Shown here one piece after another: positions 1 through 8,811 of a DNA stretch of 25,824 nucleotides (the stretch's first letter is position 1; each line of letters begins with the position of its first letter). This DNA comes from Armatimonadia bacterium (GTDB lineage: Bacteria > Armatimonadota > Zipacnadia > Zipacnadales > UBA11051). The notes under the pieces were generated by a model. That model had not been told where the DNA came from. It did not search any database and was given only the letters and a program-made list of their open reading frames with translations. The position numbers and the translations under genes are program-made. The stretch covers positions 1 through 25,824 of the forward strand of contig JBDKRC010000102.1 in the NCBI GenBank assembly GCA_039683575.1. The letters are read 5' to 3'.

Positions 1-1183
1 CTTGTTCCCCCCTGTACGAGCGATCACCGTGCGGACGCAGCGTCCGCCGCGCGACCTCACCGACCAACCCGCGGTCCGCCGCCTCACCCGATTCCCGATT
101 CCCGATTCCCCCTTCCCGCCTCCCCATCCCCGCCCAAACCGGCGCCACCACCAACCCGAACCAGACAATCGCCCTCCCCGTCTTCCACGCCAGCGCCGCA
201 AACAGCACGAACGTCAGCGCCTCAAACATCCCCCCCCGCCCACGCTTGCCCGCCCATGCCATCATCACCACACTCGCCGCCAGCACCAGGAAGAACGCTA
301 TCCCATCCTTGGTCGCCAGCGACGCCGGCGCCCACTCCGGCAACCCCTGCACCACCGTATTCGCCTGCATGTCGCGCAGGTACGCAATGATTCCGAAATG
401 CTGCGGGTTGAACCACACCGCAGCGAGCGCCGACAGCAGCGCCACCGCCGGCACCGCCGCCGACCCAAACGGCACCTCCCGATCCCGCCGGTACCGCACC
501 ACACCCTCAAGCAGCCACAGCGCAATCAACACCAGCCCAATCGGGAACGACCCGTGGCAGTTCACCCACACCACCATCACCAACGGAAACAGCGCCACGT
601 TCCACGACCCGCACCTCGCCCCTCCCCCGCGCCTCTCACCCGTAGGGGCGGACCGTGGTCCGCCCGCCGTAGCCCCCAACCCGCGTAGTGCGGGCGTCTC
701 GCCCGCTGCCGCCTTCCGCTCGCTGTAGATCAACCACAGATAAACCACACCGCACAGATACGCCAGCGCCTGTGGCCGCAGGTTCCAATTCTCAAATCCC
801 AGCGCCGCCGCCGCCACCCCGCACACCGTCGCGACCTTCCAGCTCCCGCTCAGCCTGAAACACAGTAACAACAACAATCCATAAGTCGCCGTGATGAGCA
901 CCGCATGCGCGAAGATATTCATCTGCACCCCGCCCGCCGCGTATGCCAGGTACAGCATGGCCTCGGCCAGCCAGTACACCTGGTAAGACGGATACGGCGC
1001 ACCGGGTGCCGTGTATGAATAGCTGTCGGTCGTGGGGATATGGCCGGTGGTGACGATCTGCTTCCCGGCGGCGAGGTGCCACCAGAAGTCATGGGGCCGG
1101 ATCGGATGGGTGCTCACAAACGCGAACAGGCACGCGAGCAGCGCGATTGGGAACAGGTGCTCGGGCCGCAGCCGCAGTCTCAT
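1..1183 (-). CDS. Polytopic membrane protein (GT-C-like/hypothetical 'DxWWHLxxG' family), 3'-truncated by the window edge
   Basis: Absent from the ORF track because there is no stop in the window. My translation from ATG 1183, which overlaps the upstream TGA (ATGA): MRLRLRPEHLFPIALLACLFAFVSTHPIRPHDFWWHLAAGKQIVTTGHIPTTDSYSYT...WNLRPQ...VWVNCHGSF...NPQH...PEWAP. Many hydrophobic helices; the frame stays open to position 2. Confidence 0.85.
   Translation of the reverse strand, partial: MRLRLRPEHLFPIALLACLFAFVSTHPIRPHDFWWHLAAGKQIVTTGHIPTTDSYSYTAPGAPYPSYQVYWLAEAMLYLAYAAGGVQMNIFAHAVLITATYGLLLLLCFRLSGSWKVATVCGVAAAALGFENWNLRPQALAYLCGVVYLWLIYSERKAAAGETPALRGLGATAGGPRSAPTGERRGGGARCGSWNVALFPLVMVVWVNCHGSFPIGLVLIALWLLEGVVRYRRDREVPFGSAAVPAVALLSALAAVWFNPQHFGIIAYLRDMQANTVVQGLPEWAPASLATKDGIAFFLVLAASVVMMAWAGKRGRGGMFEALTFVLFAALAWKTGRAIVWFGLVVAPVWAGMGRREGGIGNRESGEAADRGLVGEVARRTLRPHGDRSYRGEQ
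87..110. repeat. Heptamer tandem repeat (CCCGATT)x3 inside the CDS
   Basis: cccgattcccgattcccgattccc; encodes GIGNRESG on the minus strand. Confidence 0.8.
642..706 (+). repeat. Two GTAG REP palindromes (type C at 642-665, type B at 685-706) inside the CDS
   Basis: GTAG-GGGCGGACC-GT-GGTCCGCCC and GTAG-T-GCGGGCG-TCT-CGCCCGC. Intergenic copies lie at 19427/19472 and 5897/5979. Confidence 0.9.
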
Positions 1184-1779
1184 GGCCGGAACCTCAATCG
1201 CGCCGCGAGGTCATCCTTGCCGGTGGTGGCAAACCCCACCTCACCCAGAGTCTCCACCGCATACTTCCCCGCGTGGGGTCCCTTGCCCGGCTCCTCCTGC
1301 AAACCCACATCCCACAGCAGCGCATAGTTGAGCTTGTCCGAGATCAGCACCTGGTCCAGGCCCTTGGGCCGCGACCCGAGGTCATAGCTCAGCGCACTGT
1401 TGGCGTTCGGGCACACGAACTGCTCCGGCCGCACGTTATAGGCCAATAGCAGCCGCCGCCAGTCATCCGGCGCCCAGTACGGTTCGATCTGCTCCCCGGG
1501 CTTGAGGACCGCCTTTCGCAGCATGGCCGGCGTCGTCACCTGCGCCACCGGTGGCAGCACATTCTCATGGTCTGTCGCGTACGCCAGGGTCGCCACCCGC
1601 AGGGCCTTCAGGTTCGCCAGACACTGCACGCTCGGCGTCACGTTCTTGTCGCGCGGCGCAATGATGAGCGCGAGGATTCCGATCGCAATCGAAAAGGCAA
1701 ACAGACATCCCAGGCACCGAAGAACCGGTGCCCCTTGCCGCCAGTCAACTTGTTCATTCCTCCGCTTTTGCCTCCGCAC
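1180..1779 (-). CDS. Degenerate DUF1559/pilin-like membrane-anchored protein
   Basis: One TM helix, then CLANLKAL..ATLAYATDHENVLPP...W..LL.AY....EQFVCP...SY...PH. This follows the DUF1559 layout but lacks the GFTLIE and H-X9-DG consensus. GTG start with GGAGG upstream; exact start uncertain. Confidence 0.65.
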   Translation of the reverse strand: MRRQKRRNEQVDWRQGAPVLRCLGCLFAFSIAIGILALIIAPRDKNVTPSVQCLANLKALRVATLAYATDHENVLPPVAQVTTPAMLRKAVLKPGEQIEPYWAPDDWRRLLLAYNVRPEQFVCPNANSALSYDLGSRPKGLDQVLISDKLNYALLWDVGLQEEPGKGPHAGKYAVETLGEVGFATTGKDDLAARLRFRP

Positions 1780-1954
1780 TCACACCGACCTCCAACTCTG
1801 GTCAATGCCACCACGTCATTGTACAAATGCGCCAACTTGACCAATTCTTAAGATATACTTGCGTTAAACAATGCTGCTACGCGAACCGCCCGCGATTCGC
1901 AACGCCTGCGAGTCCAACGCCCCTGGTGATCTGCACAACTACCCCTGGGGCGGA

Positions 1955-2115
1955 ACTCCCGAAATGGCTCAGAAGGCCCGCTACGAGCCTCTCAGTGCGT
2001 TTTCCATGGTGATCAAACTGCCTGCGCCCCCTCGCAGCCCCTGAAGACCCACTATTCAACGGATTCCTTAAATAGTCGAAAGTAGCCTCTACGCGCTGCA
2101 CGGACGCTCTGGTGG
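1955..2115. repeat. Dispersed non-coding element, copy 1 (26-bp core at 2050-2075)
   Basis: CACTATTCAACGGATTCCTTAAATAG is identical to 24469-24494, and the flanks share motifs at matching spacing. Confidence 0.75.
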
Positions 2116-2444
2116 CCTTTCGGCCCTCGCGGAAGACCTCATCTCGAACACTGAGCGCCAGTCCACAACCGCGCCCCAGAATCACCGTTTTGTGCAACTG
2201 ACCGCCCTGGTACGAGGCAAAACGGCTGTGAGAGCCCTCTGCGCGCCTCTGAGACGCATTCCCACCGTTTCAACTCCCCAACTGGCCTGCCCGCACATTC
2301 CCTGCCAGAGCCCAAAAAGGCCGCTACGGCCCATGAGACAGCCGTGGCGGCCCTTTCGGCACTTCAGGTGATTATGCCTGACAAGGCTCCAAAGGGGCTC
2401 AAAAGCGCCGCCAGAGTCGCACTTGGTTCACAACGGTCGTCCAT

Positions 2445-2620
2445 ACCACAACAAGCGCATCCTGCCCGCGTAGGTCGGTTCGTCTCGAACCGACACGTCT
2501 GCCAACCATCGTCGGTTCAGGATGAACCACAACAAGCGCATCCTACCCGCGTAGGTCGGTTCGTCTCGAACCGACACGCCTGCCAACAATCGTCGGTTCA
2601 GGATGAACCGACCTACGCGT
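2445..2620. repeat. 81-bp tandem duplication of a type A REP doublet (REPIN-like)
   Basis: GTAGGTCGGTTCGTCTCGAACCGAC at 2470 and 2551; inverted partner GTCGGTTCAGGATGAACCGACCTAC ends at 2616. Confidence 0.9.
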
Positions 2621-2627
2621 TACGAGG

Positions 2628-5567
2628 CTATAGCTTCGCGAGCTTCTCGAGCATGTCCAGCACCTGCAGCCGGACCTCGTCCATCGTCCCGCGATCCTTC
2701 TCCTCGGGCCACGCGAGGTTCTTGTCCGTGACCCCGCTGATGACCCGCTGCGGGCCATCAACCAGCAGCTTCTTCGCCTGCTCGACCAGCGGGTTCTTGA
2801 CGCCCTTCTTCTCCAGTTCCGCCACGCGGCTGCGCAGCATCACGAAGTACTCAAAGTCCTGAGCCCCTTCGCGAATTGCGGCCATGTGCTTGGCGTCGGT
2901 GACGCTGGTGTCGTCGAGATACAGCGGCGAGTACTGGGCGCGCTTCTGCAGGTACGCGTTCCACGAACTCGCGCCCGCCTCGTCACCAAACGCCCAGTAG
3001 AACGAGCCCTTGGCGTTGTAGGCCACCGCATGCCAGAACTGGCTGCGATGGTAGGTGATCGGGTCCAGGAGCTTCGAGGGGCCCGAGCAGGAGTAGAACC
3101 ACAACTCCCGCCCCGCCTTCTGCTGCGCGAGGTAGAAGTCCCGGAAGGACTGCGGCGCCGCGAGCCACATCGGCAGGTTCGGGCACAGCACATCCACGTC
3201 TTCCCAGAAGCCGTTTTCGATCACGGTCGGGTCACTGTAAGTCGGGTCCTCGAACAGCGTCACGCCGGGCTGGACGGCGTTGATGGCCCTAGCCCATTCG
3301 CGGATGATGTCGGTGCCCCCGCCGGGGCCGTGCGGCTCATCGAACAGCAGCAGCACGAGTTGTTCGGGCTTGAGGTTCTGGGTCGCCATGTGCTCGACCC
3401 ACGCGGTGATCCAGTCGCCGACCATCTGCTTGAAACGCGGGGTGCCCATCTTCTCGCCGGCGAAGCTATCGGGAACGCTCAGGAACACGGCGTACTGCCG
3501 CGCTCCGGGCCACTTGGCGGTCCATTCGTCCCAACCGGCAAAGGTCGGCTGCTTGGCCAGCTTGCCCTCGGGGTCGAAGGTCATGCCTGCGGGCTGGACT
3601 GCGGAACTGGCCCAGGGGGTGTCAACATAGTTCGCCGTGAGCGTCTGGATCAGCTGCGGAATGATCGCTTCCTTGGCCTCGTACTGGCCCTTGCCCTGCG
3701 TGTAGTCCCAGCCGCCGACATGGATGCTGGGCATGGCCGGGAAGCTCACGGTCGAGACCACGAGGGTCAGCGGCATCGTGATCTGGCCGAACGACTTGCT
3801 GCCGGTCACGACCACTTGCCCGCGGTAGGTGCCGGGCTTGACGTCGAGCGGGTGGAACTCCAACCAGATCTGCCGGACCATGCCGGACGGAACGTTGATC
3901 CGGTAGAGATTCCCCTGCTTGGCCGCCTCGGGCAGCGCCGCCGCAATCGGAATGCGCTCGCGCGTGTCAGTCCACGGGATATCGCGGACGCTGAGGTAGC
4001 TCGGGTTGCTACCGCCGGGGAGACCCTTGACCTCGACGGTCAGATCGGCGGGCATGACGTTGGCGTTGGTAAGGTTGAAGGTCGTGGCCCGATACTCCCG
4101 CTGCATCAGCTTGACCGACAGCGCCGGGGCCACGGAGGGGTTGGTCGTCGGGCCCTGGGTGGGCTGCAGCATGTCCCAGCGGTTGTTCTGCCACGCGTTG
4201 AGGAAGGTCATGCCGTTCGACCGATGGATCGGCGCGTAGAGGGCATAGATGTTGGCATGCATCTCGTTGAGCGGCAGAATGGTCTTGAAGTTTGCGTCGT
4301 ACTTCTCGGGTATGGTACCGATCTGCTGCTCGATGCGGCTGGCACGCTCGAGGAGAGCCTGCTTCTGATCAGCCGGCAGCTTCTCCGCCGCGGCAATGGC
4401 ATTGCGAGCGGTAGCCAGATCAGTGCGCAGCCGCCACAACACGCCCGCGTGTACGCGCTTGGCCTCGAAAATCGCCATCGGGTCGCTCACGATATCGGCA
4501 TAGGCGATCTGCAGGAAGTCGGGCGAGCCCTGGTAGACTTCAACCTCGTCCACGAACGTGTAGGGGCTGTTGTCCACAAAGAGCTTGACCCAGCGGCCGT
4601 GGGTCTTCATGTCGCCGGTGGCGAAGCGATAGGTGGAGTACGGCTGGGAAGCCGGGGCGCCCTGCTTGGTGGACATGCTGATGAGTTCGCCCGCTGATCC
4701 CCACGTCTTGCCGTCATCGCTTACGAGTACCAGTATCGAAGACGGCCAGGAGACGCCCGCCACCCCGGCGGCGGTGTCAAAGGACAGGCCCGCGATGGGC
4801 TCGATCTTGCCGAGGTCAATCGTGATGATGGCCGGGTTGGTATTCTGCCACCCAACGGTGGTCTTCTGGGCCCAGAAGTAGCCCACAGTGTACTGGCCAT
4901 CGGTAAGCTGGGTGGCATCGCCGGCATCCGCGCTCAGGCCGTAGTTCGGGGCGGGCTGAAGCGTGTACTTCTTGCCCAGCGCGATGTTCGGCCCGGGCGG
5001 AGTGAAGGCCGCTGCAACGGCCACGCCTGCGGGGACTTCATTCGGCAGATAGACCTGCACGGCGTCCACTGCCGAAAAGCCAGCCGAGATCGGCTCGTGA
5101 ACCAGCCGTGCACCATCGCCGTAGATCTCGATGGTGGCGGTCTCGGCAGCCCCGCTGTTGAAGCGCGCGGTGAAGGTCTTCCAGACCTTGCTGCCATCAG
5201 AGGCGAGCACGGCGAGTTGCCCGGCCGGGCCCATCAGACGAATGGCTGGCTTGACCAACCCGTCGCTCTTGAGCGCGGCGGAGAAGACATAGTCGGTGTT
5301 CTTCACCAGGGCAACCGTCTGGGTCACCACGCCGGCGGTCTGGACCGCAGGCGCGGGCATCGTGTAGTGCAGCGAGTTACTATCTTTCGCGCCGTCGTCG
5401 TTAACGGCGGCATAGAACGCCAGATCCGGCTTGGCAGCCGTCCATTCGGCGGGCCAGTTGGCGTTGGCGGCCGCCCGATCGACGAACTCCGCATTCTTCA
5501 CGGGCGCGGCGTACGTCAACGAGACAACGAGCAACAATACGGCGAGTACGACCAGAGACCTGGGCAA
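2628..5567 (-). CDS. Secreted multidomain carbohydrate-active protein (CBM-like + F5/8 type C discoidin + GH123/DUF4091-like C-terminus)
   Basis: Signal peptide; NIALGKKY...LTDG...ITIDLG...SDDGKTW...DEVEVY discoidin motifs; C-terminal FDEP, WFYSC, GSFYW, AIREGAQDFEY. TTG start with AAGGAG upstream. Confidence 0.75.
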   Translation of the reverse strand: MPRSLVVLAVLLLVVSLTYAAPVKNAEFVDRAAANANWPAEWTAAKPDLAFYAAVNDDGAKDSNSLHYTMPAPAVQTAGVVTQTVALVKNTDYVFSAALKSDGLVKPAIRLMGPAGQLAVLASDGSKVWKTFTARFNSGAAETATIEIYGDGARLVHEPISAGFSAVDAVQVYLPNEVPAGVAVAAAFTPPGPNIALGKKYTLQPAPNYGLSADAGDATQLTDGQYTVGYFWAQKTTVGWQNTNPAIITIDLGKIEPIAGLSFDTAAGVAGVSWPSSILVLVSDDGKTWGSAGELISMSTKQGAPASQPYSTYRFATGDMKTHGRWVKLFVDNSPYTFVDEVEVYQGSPDFLQIAYADIVSDPMAIFEAKRVHAGVLWRLRTDLATARNAIAAAEKLPADQKQALLERASRIEQQIGTIPEKYDANFKTILPLNEMHANIYALYAPIHRSNGMTFLNAWQNNRWDMLQPTQGPTTNPSVAPALSVKLMQREYRATTFNLTNANVMPADLTVEVKGLPGGSNPSYLSVRDIPWTDTRERIPIAAALPEAAKQGNLYRINVPSGMVRQIWLEFHPLDVKPGTYRGQVVVTGSKSFGQITMPLTLVVSTVSFPAMPSIHVGGWDYTQGKGQYEAKEAIIPQLIQTLTANYVDTPWASSAVQPAGMTFDPEGKLAKQPTFAGWDEWTAKWPGARQYAVFLSVPDSFAGEKMGTPRFKQMVGDWITAWVEHMATQNLKPEQLVLLLFDEPHGPGGGTDIIREWARAINAVQPGVTLFEDPTYSDPTVIENGFWEDVDVLCPNLPMWLAAPQSFRDFYLAQQKAGRELWFYSCSGPSKLLDPITYHRSQFWHAVAYNAKGSFYWAFGDEAGASSWNAYLQKRAQYSPLYLDDTSVTDAKHMAAIREGAQDFEYFVMLRSRVAELEKKGVKNPLVEQAKKLLVDGPQRVISGVTDKNLAWPEEKDRGTMDEVRLQVLDMLEKLAKL

Positions 5568-5649
5568 CTGTCACCACTCCTTCACTGCGCGCGCGGCGCG
5601 CGCTGGCATGCGAGGGGGATTGTTCGCTCTTGAAGGACGCGAGACCTTC

Positions 5650-5810
5650 GCGGGAGGTTTGGAGGGGGAGGAGAGCACGGCATACAGGATGGGCAGGATG
5701 AACGGCGGGATGGACAGGATGGGAGAGGGGGAGGGAGGGGCAAAGGCATTCAAAGGATGAGGAGGATAGAGGCGAGGATGGGGAGGATGAAGACGGGGAG
5801 GGGGTTAGGA
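5650..5810. repeat. Purine-rich low-complexity tract with CAGGATG/GAGGAT repeats
   Basis: caggatg-like units at 5685, 5694, 5706 and 5715; gaggat units at 5755-5790. Confidence 0.6.
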
Positions 5811-5848
5811 TGACGCCCGGCCTGTTGGGCCGGGCGTCTGGCATGTTG

Positions 5849-6080
5849 CGCGTAGGCCGGTTCGTCCCGAACCGGCCCCGGGCTACCCTATACCGCGTAG
5901 TGCGGGCGTCTCGCCCGCTCGGACCCATAGCGCGTAGGCGGGTTCGTCTCGAACCGGCCCCGGGCTACCCTATACCGCGTAGTGCGGGCGTCTCGCCCGC
6001 TCGGACCCATAGCGCATAGGCGGGTTCGTCTCGAACCCGCGCCGAGGGGGTGTGGGTTCAAGGATGAACCCACCTACGCG
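5849..6080. repeat. BIME-like mosaic REP array (A-B-A-B-A plus inverted A; 82-bp period)
   Basis: Type A GTAG at 5852, 5934 and 6016 (ATAG variant); type B GTAG at 5897 and 5979; conserved linkers; inverted A ends with CTAC at 6077. Confidence 0.9.
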
Positions 6081-6086
6081 AGGCGG

Positions 6087-7322
6087 CTAACCGCACCACT
6101 CGCAAACGACCCGGTACAGAACCTCCACACCCTTCAGAACATCATCCACCGCAATCTGCTCCTGATTGCTGTGAGCCACTGACAGCGTCCCCGGCCCAAT
6201 CCAGCAGGTCGGGATCTTGAGCTGGTTGTTGTACATCCACGCATCGGCGGAGGCAGTCATCGCGGAGACCTTCTTCTCCTGACCGGAGGCCACCACAGCC
6301 CTGCCCAGTGCCTCCACGAGCGGATGGTCGGCCTCGATCACGCTGGCGTCGTGCCGGTAAGTGAAACCAATCTCGAAGTTGTCGGCCAGCCACTCGTCGC
6401 CGCAGTTCTTGATCGCGTCGCGCAGCTCCTGCATGACCTGTTCCTTGGTCCGGTCGGGCAGGATGCCCAGCACGCCACGGAAGACGCACTTCTGCGGGGC
6501 CTGCGCGGGCCAGTCCCCGGCTTCAAGCTGCCCAATGGTCAGCGGCGCGGGGTTCTCGAACTGGTCAAAGAGCGGGTACTTCCCGCGGCTCTCGGCGATG
6601 CAGCGGTCGTGGTACTCAGTGAAGACCTCAATCGCCTTGATCGCCTTGAACAGCGCGGAAACGGTCCCGCCGGGCTTGCCGGAGTGCCCCGACTGGCCAT
6701 AGACAGTAGCCTCGAACCACACCGCCCCGCGAATCTGCGGGAAGAGCGTGAAGTCCGAGGGCTCAAGACACAGGGCAGCATCGGCAGTATCGCCGGTCTT
6801 GCGGACCATGGTAACGGTCCCATTCCCGCCGACCTCTTCCTCGATCACAAGGTGCCCAATAACGTCACCCTTAAGCTCAGGCTTCAGGTCATGCAACGCC
6901 TTCATCAAAAAGTACATGGTCGCAATCTGCCCCTTGGCATCGCAAGCCCCGCGCCCAAAGAGCACGCCATCGCGAAGCTGCGGCTCAAAGGGCTTCTCCT
7001 GCATCGAAGAGGGCGGGACGACGTCCATGTGAGTATTCATAAGCAGCGACTTCCCGCCGCCAGAGCCCTTAAGCGCGACGCGGACGTTGGGCCGGTCGGT
7101 ATAGTCGAGGTCCTTGACGGGGGAGGAGTAGTCCGGGTCGGCCTTGAGCGAGTTGTCATTGGGCACAAAGGCGCATTCGTCGGTGAAGGCGGCCATGTGG
7201 GAGTGGAGGTATTCGGCGACAGGCTTCTCGTTGCCAGCAGTGGAGGGGAAGGCAATGAGGTCGGAGAGGGTTTGGGTGATTTCGGGTTTCAGTTGTTGGA
7301 GGTAGGTGGTTAGGTCAGGCAT
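6087..7322 (-). CDS. M20 family metallopeptidase / ArgE-DapE-like deacylase
   Basis: NTHMDVVP, GRGACDAKG, EEEVGG, GHSG and C-terminal AHSNQE motifs. Confidence 0.92.
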   Translation of the reverse strand: MPDLTTYLQQLKPEITQTLSDLIAFPSTAGNEKPVAEYLHSHMAAFTDECAFVPNDNSLKADPDYSSPVKDLDYTDRPNVRVALKGSGGGKSLLMNTHMDVVPPSSMQEKPFEPQLRDGVLFGRGACDAKGQIATMYFLMKALHDLKPELKGDVIGHLVIEEEVGGNGTVTMVRKTGDTADAALCLEPSDFTLFPQIRGAVWFEATVYGQSGHSGKPGGTVSALFKAIKAIEVFTEYHDRCIAESRGKYPLFDQFENPAPLTIGQLEAGDWPAQAPQKCVFRGVLGILPDRTKEQVMQELRDAIKNCGDEWLADNFEIGFTYRHDASVIEADHPLVEALGRAVVASGQEKKVSAMTASADAWMYNNQLKIPTCWIGPGTLSVAHSNQEQIAVDDVLKGVEVLYRVVCEWCG

Positions 7323-8340
7323 TGGGGTCCTCTATGAGCTCAATTACGTCATCTTCTTGGAAACCATCGGTAGAGCCTTCGTCATATGGCACTTCCGCTA
7401 ACGTCTGAATGCGGCCGCTGAAGGCTCTGTGAAAGCCATACAATCGCTCTGCCATCCACTGGTGTTGCTCGGGCCACTCGTCAGGGTTGTTGATGTCGAC
7501 GCCAGTTCTCATTATGGCTACCTGGCTCTCGAGATTGTTTGGCAGGAACCTCCAATCGAGTTCCTCGCCAATTTCGTTCTCGATGTCGTTCTTCATGCCC
7601 TTGAGTTGCTGGAAGAACGACTTTGCGTAGACTCGGTCCCTTATGGCCAGACATACTCCCATGCGGGAGTCTCTTCTGCTCGCCCAGGTTCTCACCAAGA
7701 AGCCGCCTTTGCCGACAGAGAAGTTGAGCCAGTATCGCGTACCTGGCTCCTTTGGCCTAACCTCCCCTGGATGCTCCTGCATGTGAGCTTGGAACGCCGT
7801 CCAGTAATCGAGGTAAGACTGACCGTTCTGGTTGACCATGCCACGACTGGTTCCACCGACAGCCTTAGACCACGAATTGGGCTTGCTGATCACGTTGAAC
7901 TTGGGTGCGGCGAGCGATTGGCCAATCTTCCACAGCTCTATCTCGAGCCCGAAGAAGTTGAAGCGCTCATCCGTGATTTCGTTCAGCCAGTCAAGTGCCG
8001 CCCTGTGCTCGTCGGTGAAGCGGCTGGCAATCCAGACGATTGTAACAGCCTCAAGGCCAGCGGCATAGGTCAAGAGTTGTCCGAGATGGCCATGGTCTGT
8101 TCTCTCGAGCTGGTTTTCAATGAGAACCCAGGCATCGGTGAGGGTGTCCTTGCAGAGAATGTCGGCGCGGAAGGGGCCGACGCCCTGCTCGGTGCCCTCG
8201 CATTCGAGTTCGAGGCCAAGCGTTTCGGCCAGGAGGGCGAGGTTTTCTTCCTGCGCCAGCCAATTGGTGAAGTCGCCGTCTTCAGTCTGCCAGGCGGTGC
8301 GCAGGTCTACGCGTTCGAGACGCCCGAGTTGGATGTCCAT
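7315..8340 (-). CDS. PD-(D/E)XK-like (NucS-type) nuclease domain + DUF4268 domain protein
   Basis: N-terminal EQGVGPFRADILCKD...LIENQL..TDHGHLGQLLTYAAG. C-terminal YW..F...YW....GKGGF...IE.EIG..L.W..L...S......D...W..QH.W (DUF4268 pattern). Confidence 0.85.
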   Translation of the reverse strand: MDIQLGRLERVDLRTAWQTEDGDFTNWLAQEENLALLAETLGLELECEGTEQGVGPFRADILCKDTLTDAWVLIENQLERTDHGHLGQLLTYAAGLEAVTIVWIASRFTDEHRAALDWLNEITDERFNFFGLEIELWKIGQSLAAPKFNVISKPNSWSKAVGGTSRGMVNQNGQSYLDYWTAFQAHMQEHPGEVRPKEPGTRYWLNFSVGKGGFLVRTWASRRDSRMGVCLAIRDRVYAKSFFQQLKGMKNDIENEIGEELDWRFLPNNLESQVAIMRTGVDINNPDEWPEQHQWMAERLYGFHRAFSGRIQTLAEVPYDEGSTDGFQEDDVIELIEDPNA

Positions 8341-8361
8341 AGTTGCCCCCGTCGTGTTTCG

Positions 8362-8811
8362 CTAACGTAAGTCGGCATTGAGATGCCGGACGAGAGGTGA
8401 GAACACAGCATGGAAAGCGGAGAGGTGCTCCAGCAGCCATCGGTGCTGTTCAGGCCACTGCCCTCTGTCTCTGACGTCAACATCGACCTTGTGCAGCAGA
8501 ATGCGGCTGATGCGTCTGTCCGCCAATTCGCGCCATTCCAGCGAGGCTCCGAGCTCGCGCTCGACGCTCTGCTTGCGCGCCTGAAGCTGCCTAAAGCACT
8601 CCAAGCGGTTCCTGCCACGGATTTCGAGAGCGACACCGATCTTCCGCTCATGTATTCTCGCGGCCGCATAGAGATTGAAGCCGGAGCGGCCGACGGGCGA
8701 ACGGTACCAGTAGGCAGCGCCTGGTTTGTGGGAGCTAACAACGTCGCTGGCTTTGGCTCTCCGCGCAAAATCCGTCCAGTACTCCAGCCAGAGTTGCTCT
8801 GAGGCAGTCAT
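8362..8811 (-). CDS. Standalone DUF4268 protein from an internal start (149 aa)
   Basis: GAGGAG at 8821-8826 lies 9 nt before ATG 8811 (MTASEQLWLEYWTDF...). Paralogous to the C-terminal half of 7315-8340. Confidence 0.65.
   Translation of the reverse strand: MTASEQLWLEYWTDFARRAKASDVVSSHKPGAAYWYRSPVGRSGFNLYAAARIHERKIGVALEIRGRNRLECFRQLQARKQSVERELGASLEWRELADRRISRILLHKVDVDVRDRGQWPEQHRWLLEHLSAFHAVFSPLVRHLNADLR

Noticed and set aside
2-688. Long alternative ORFs (2-688, 2886-4697, 6324-7313, 7429-8370, 15036-16679 on +; 12359-13420, 24618-25541 on -)
   Set aside because: They are antisense shadows of real genes in GC-rich DNA, Arg/Pro/His-rich and without recognisable motifs.
1877-2862. ORFs 1877-2197(-), 2344-2862(+) and 24254-24654
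   Set aside because: No recognisable motifs or RBS; they run through repeat elements or antisense to a real gene.
5849-6080. CRISPR-like array
   Set aside because: The linkers are identical between units, so this is tandem amplification of REPs and not unique spacers.
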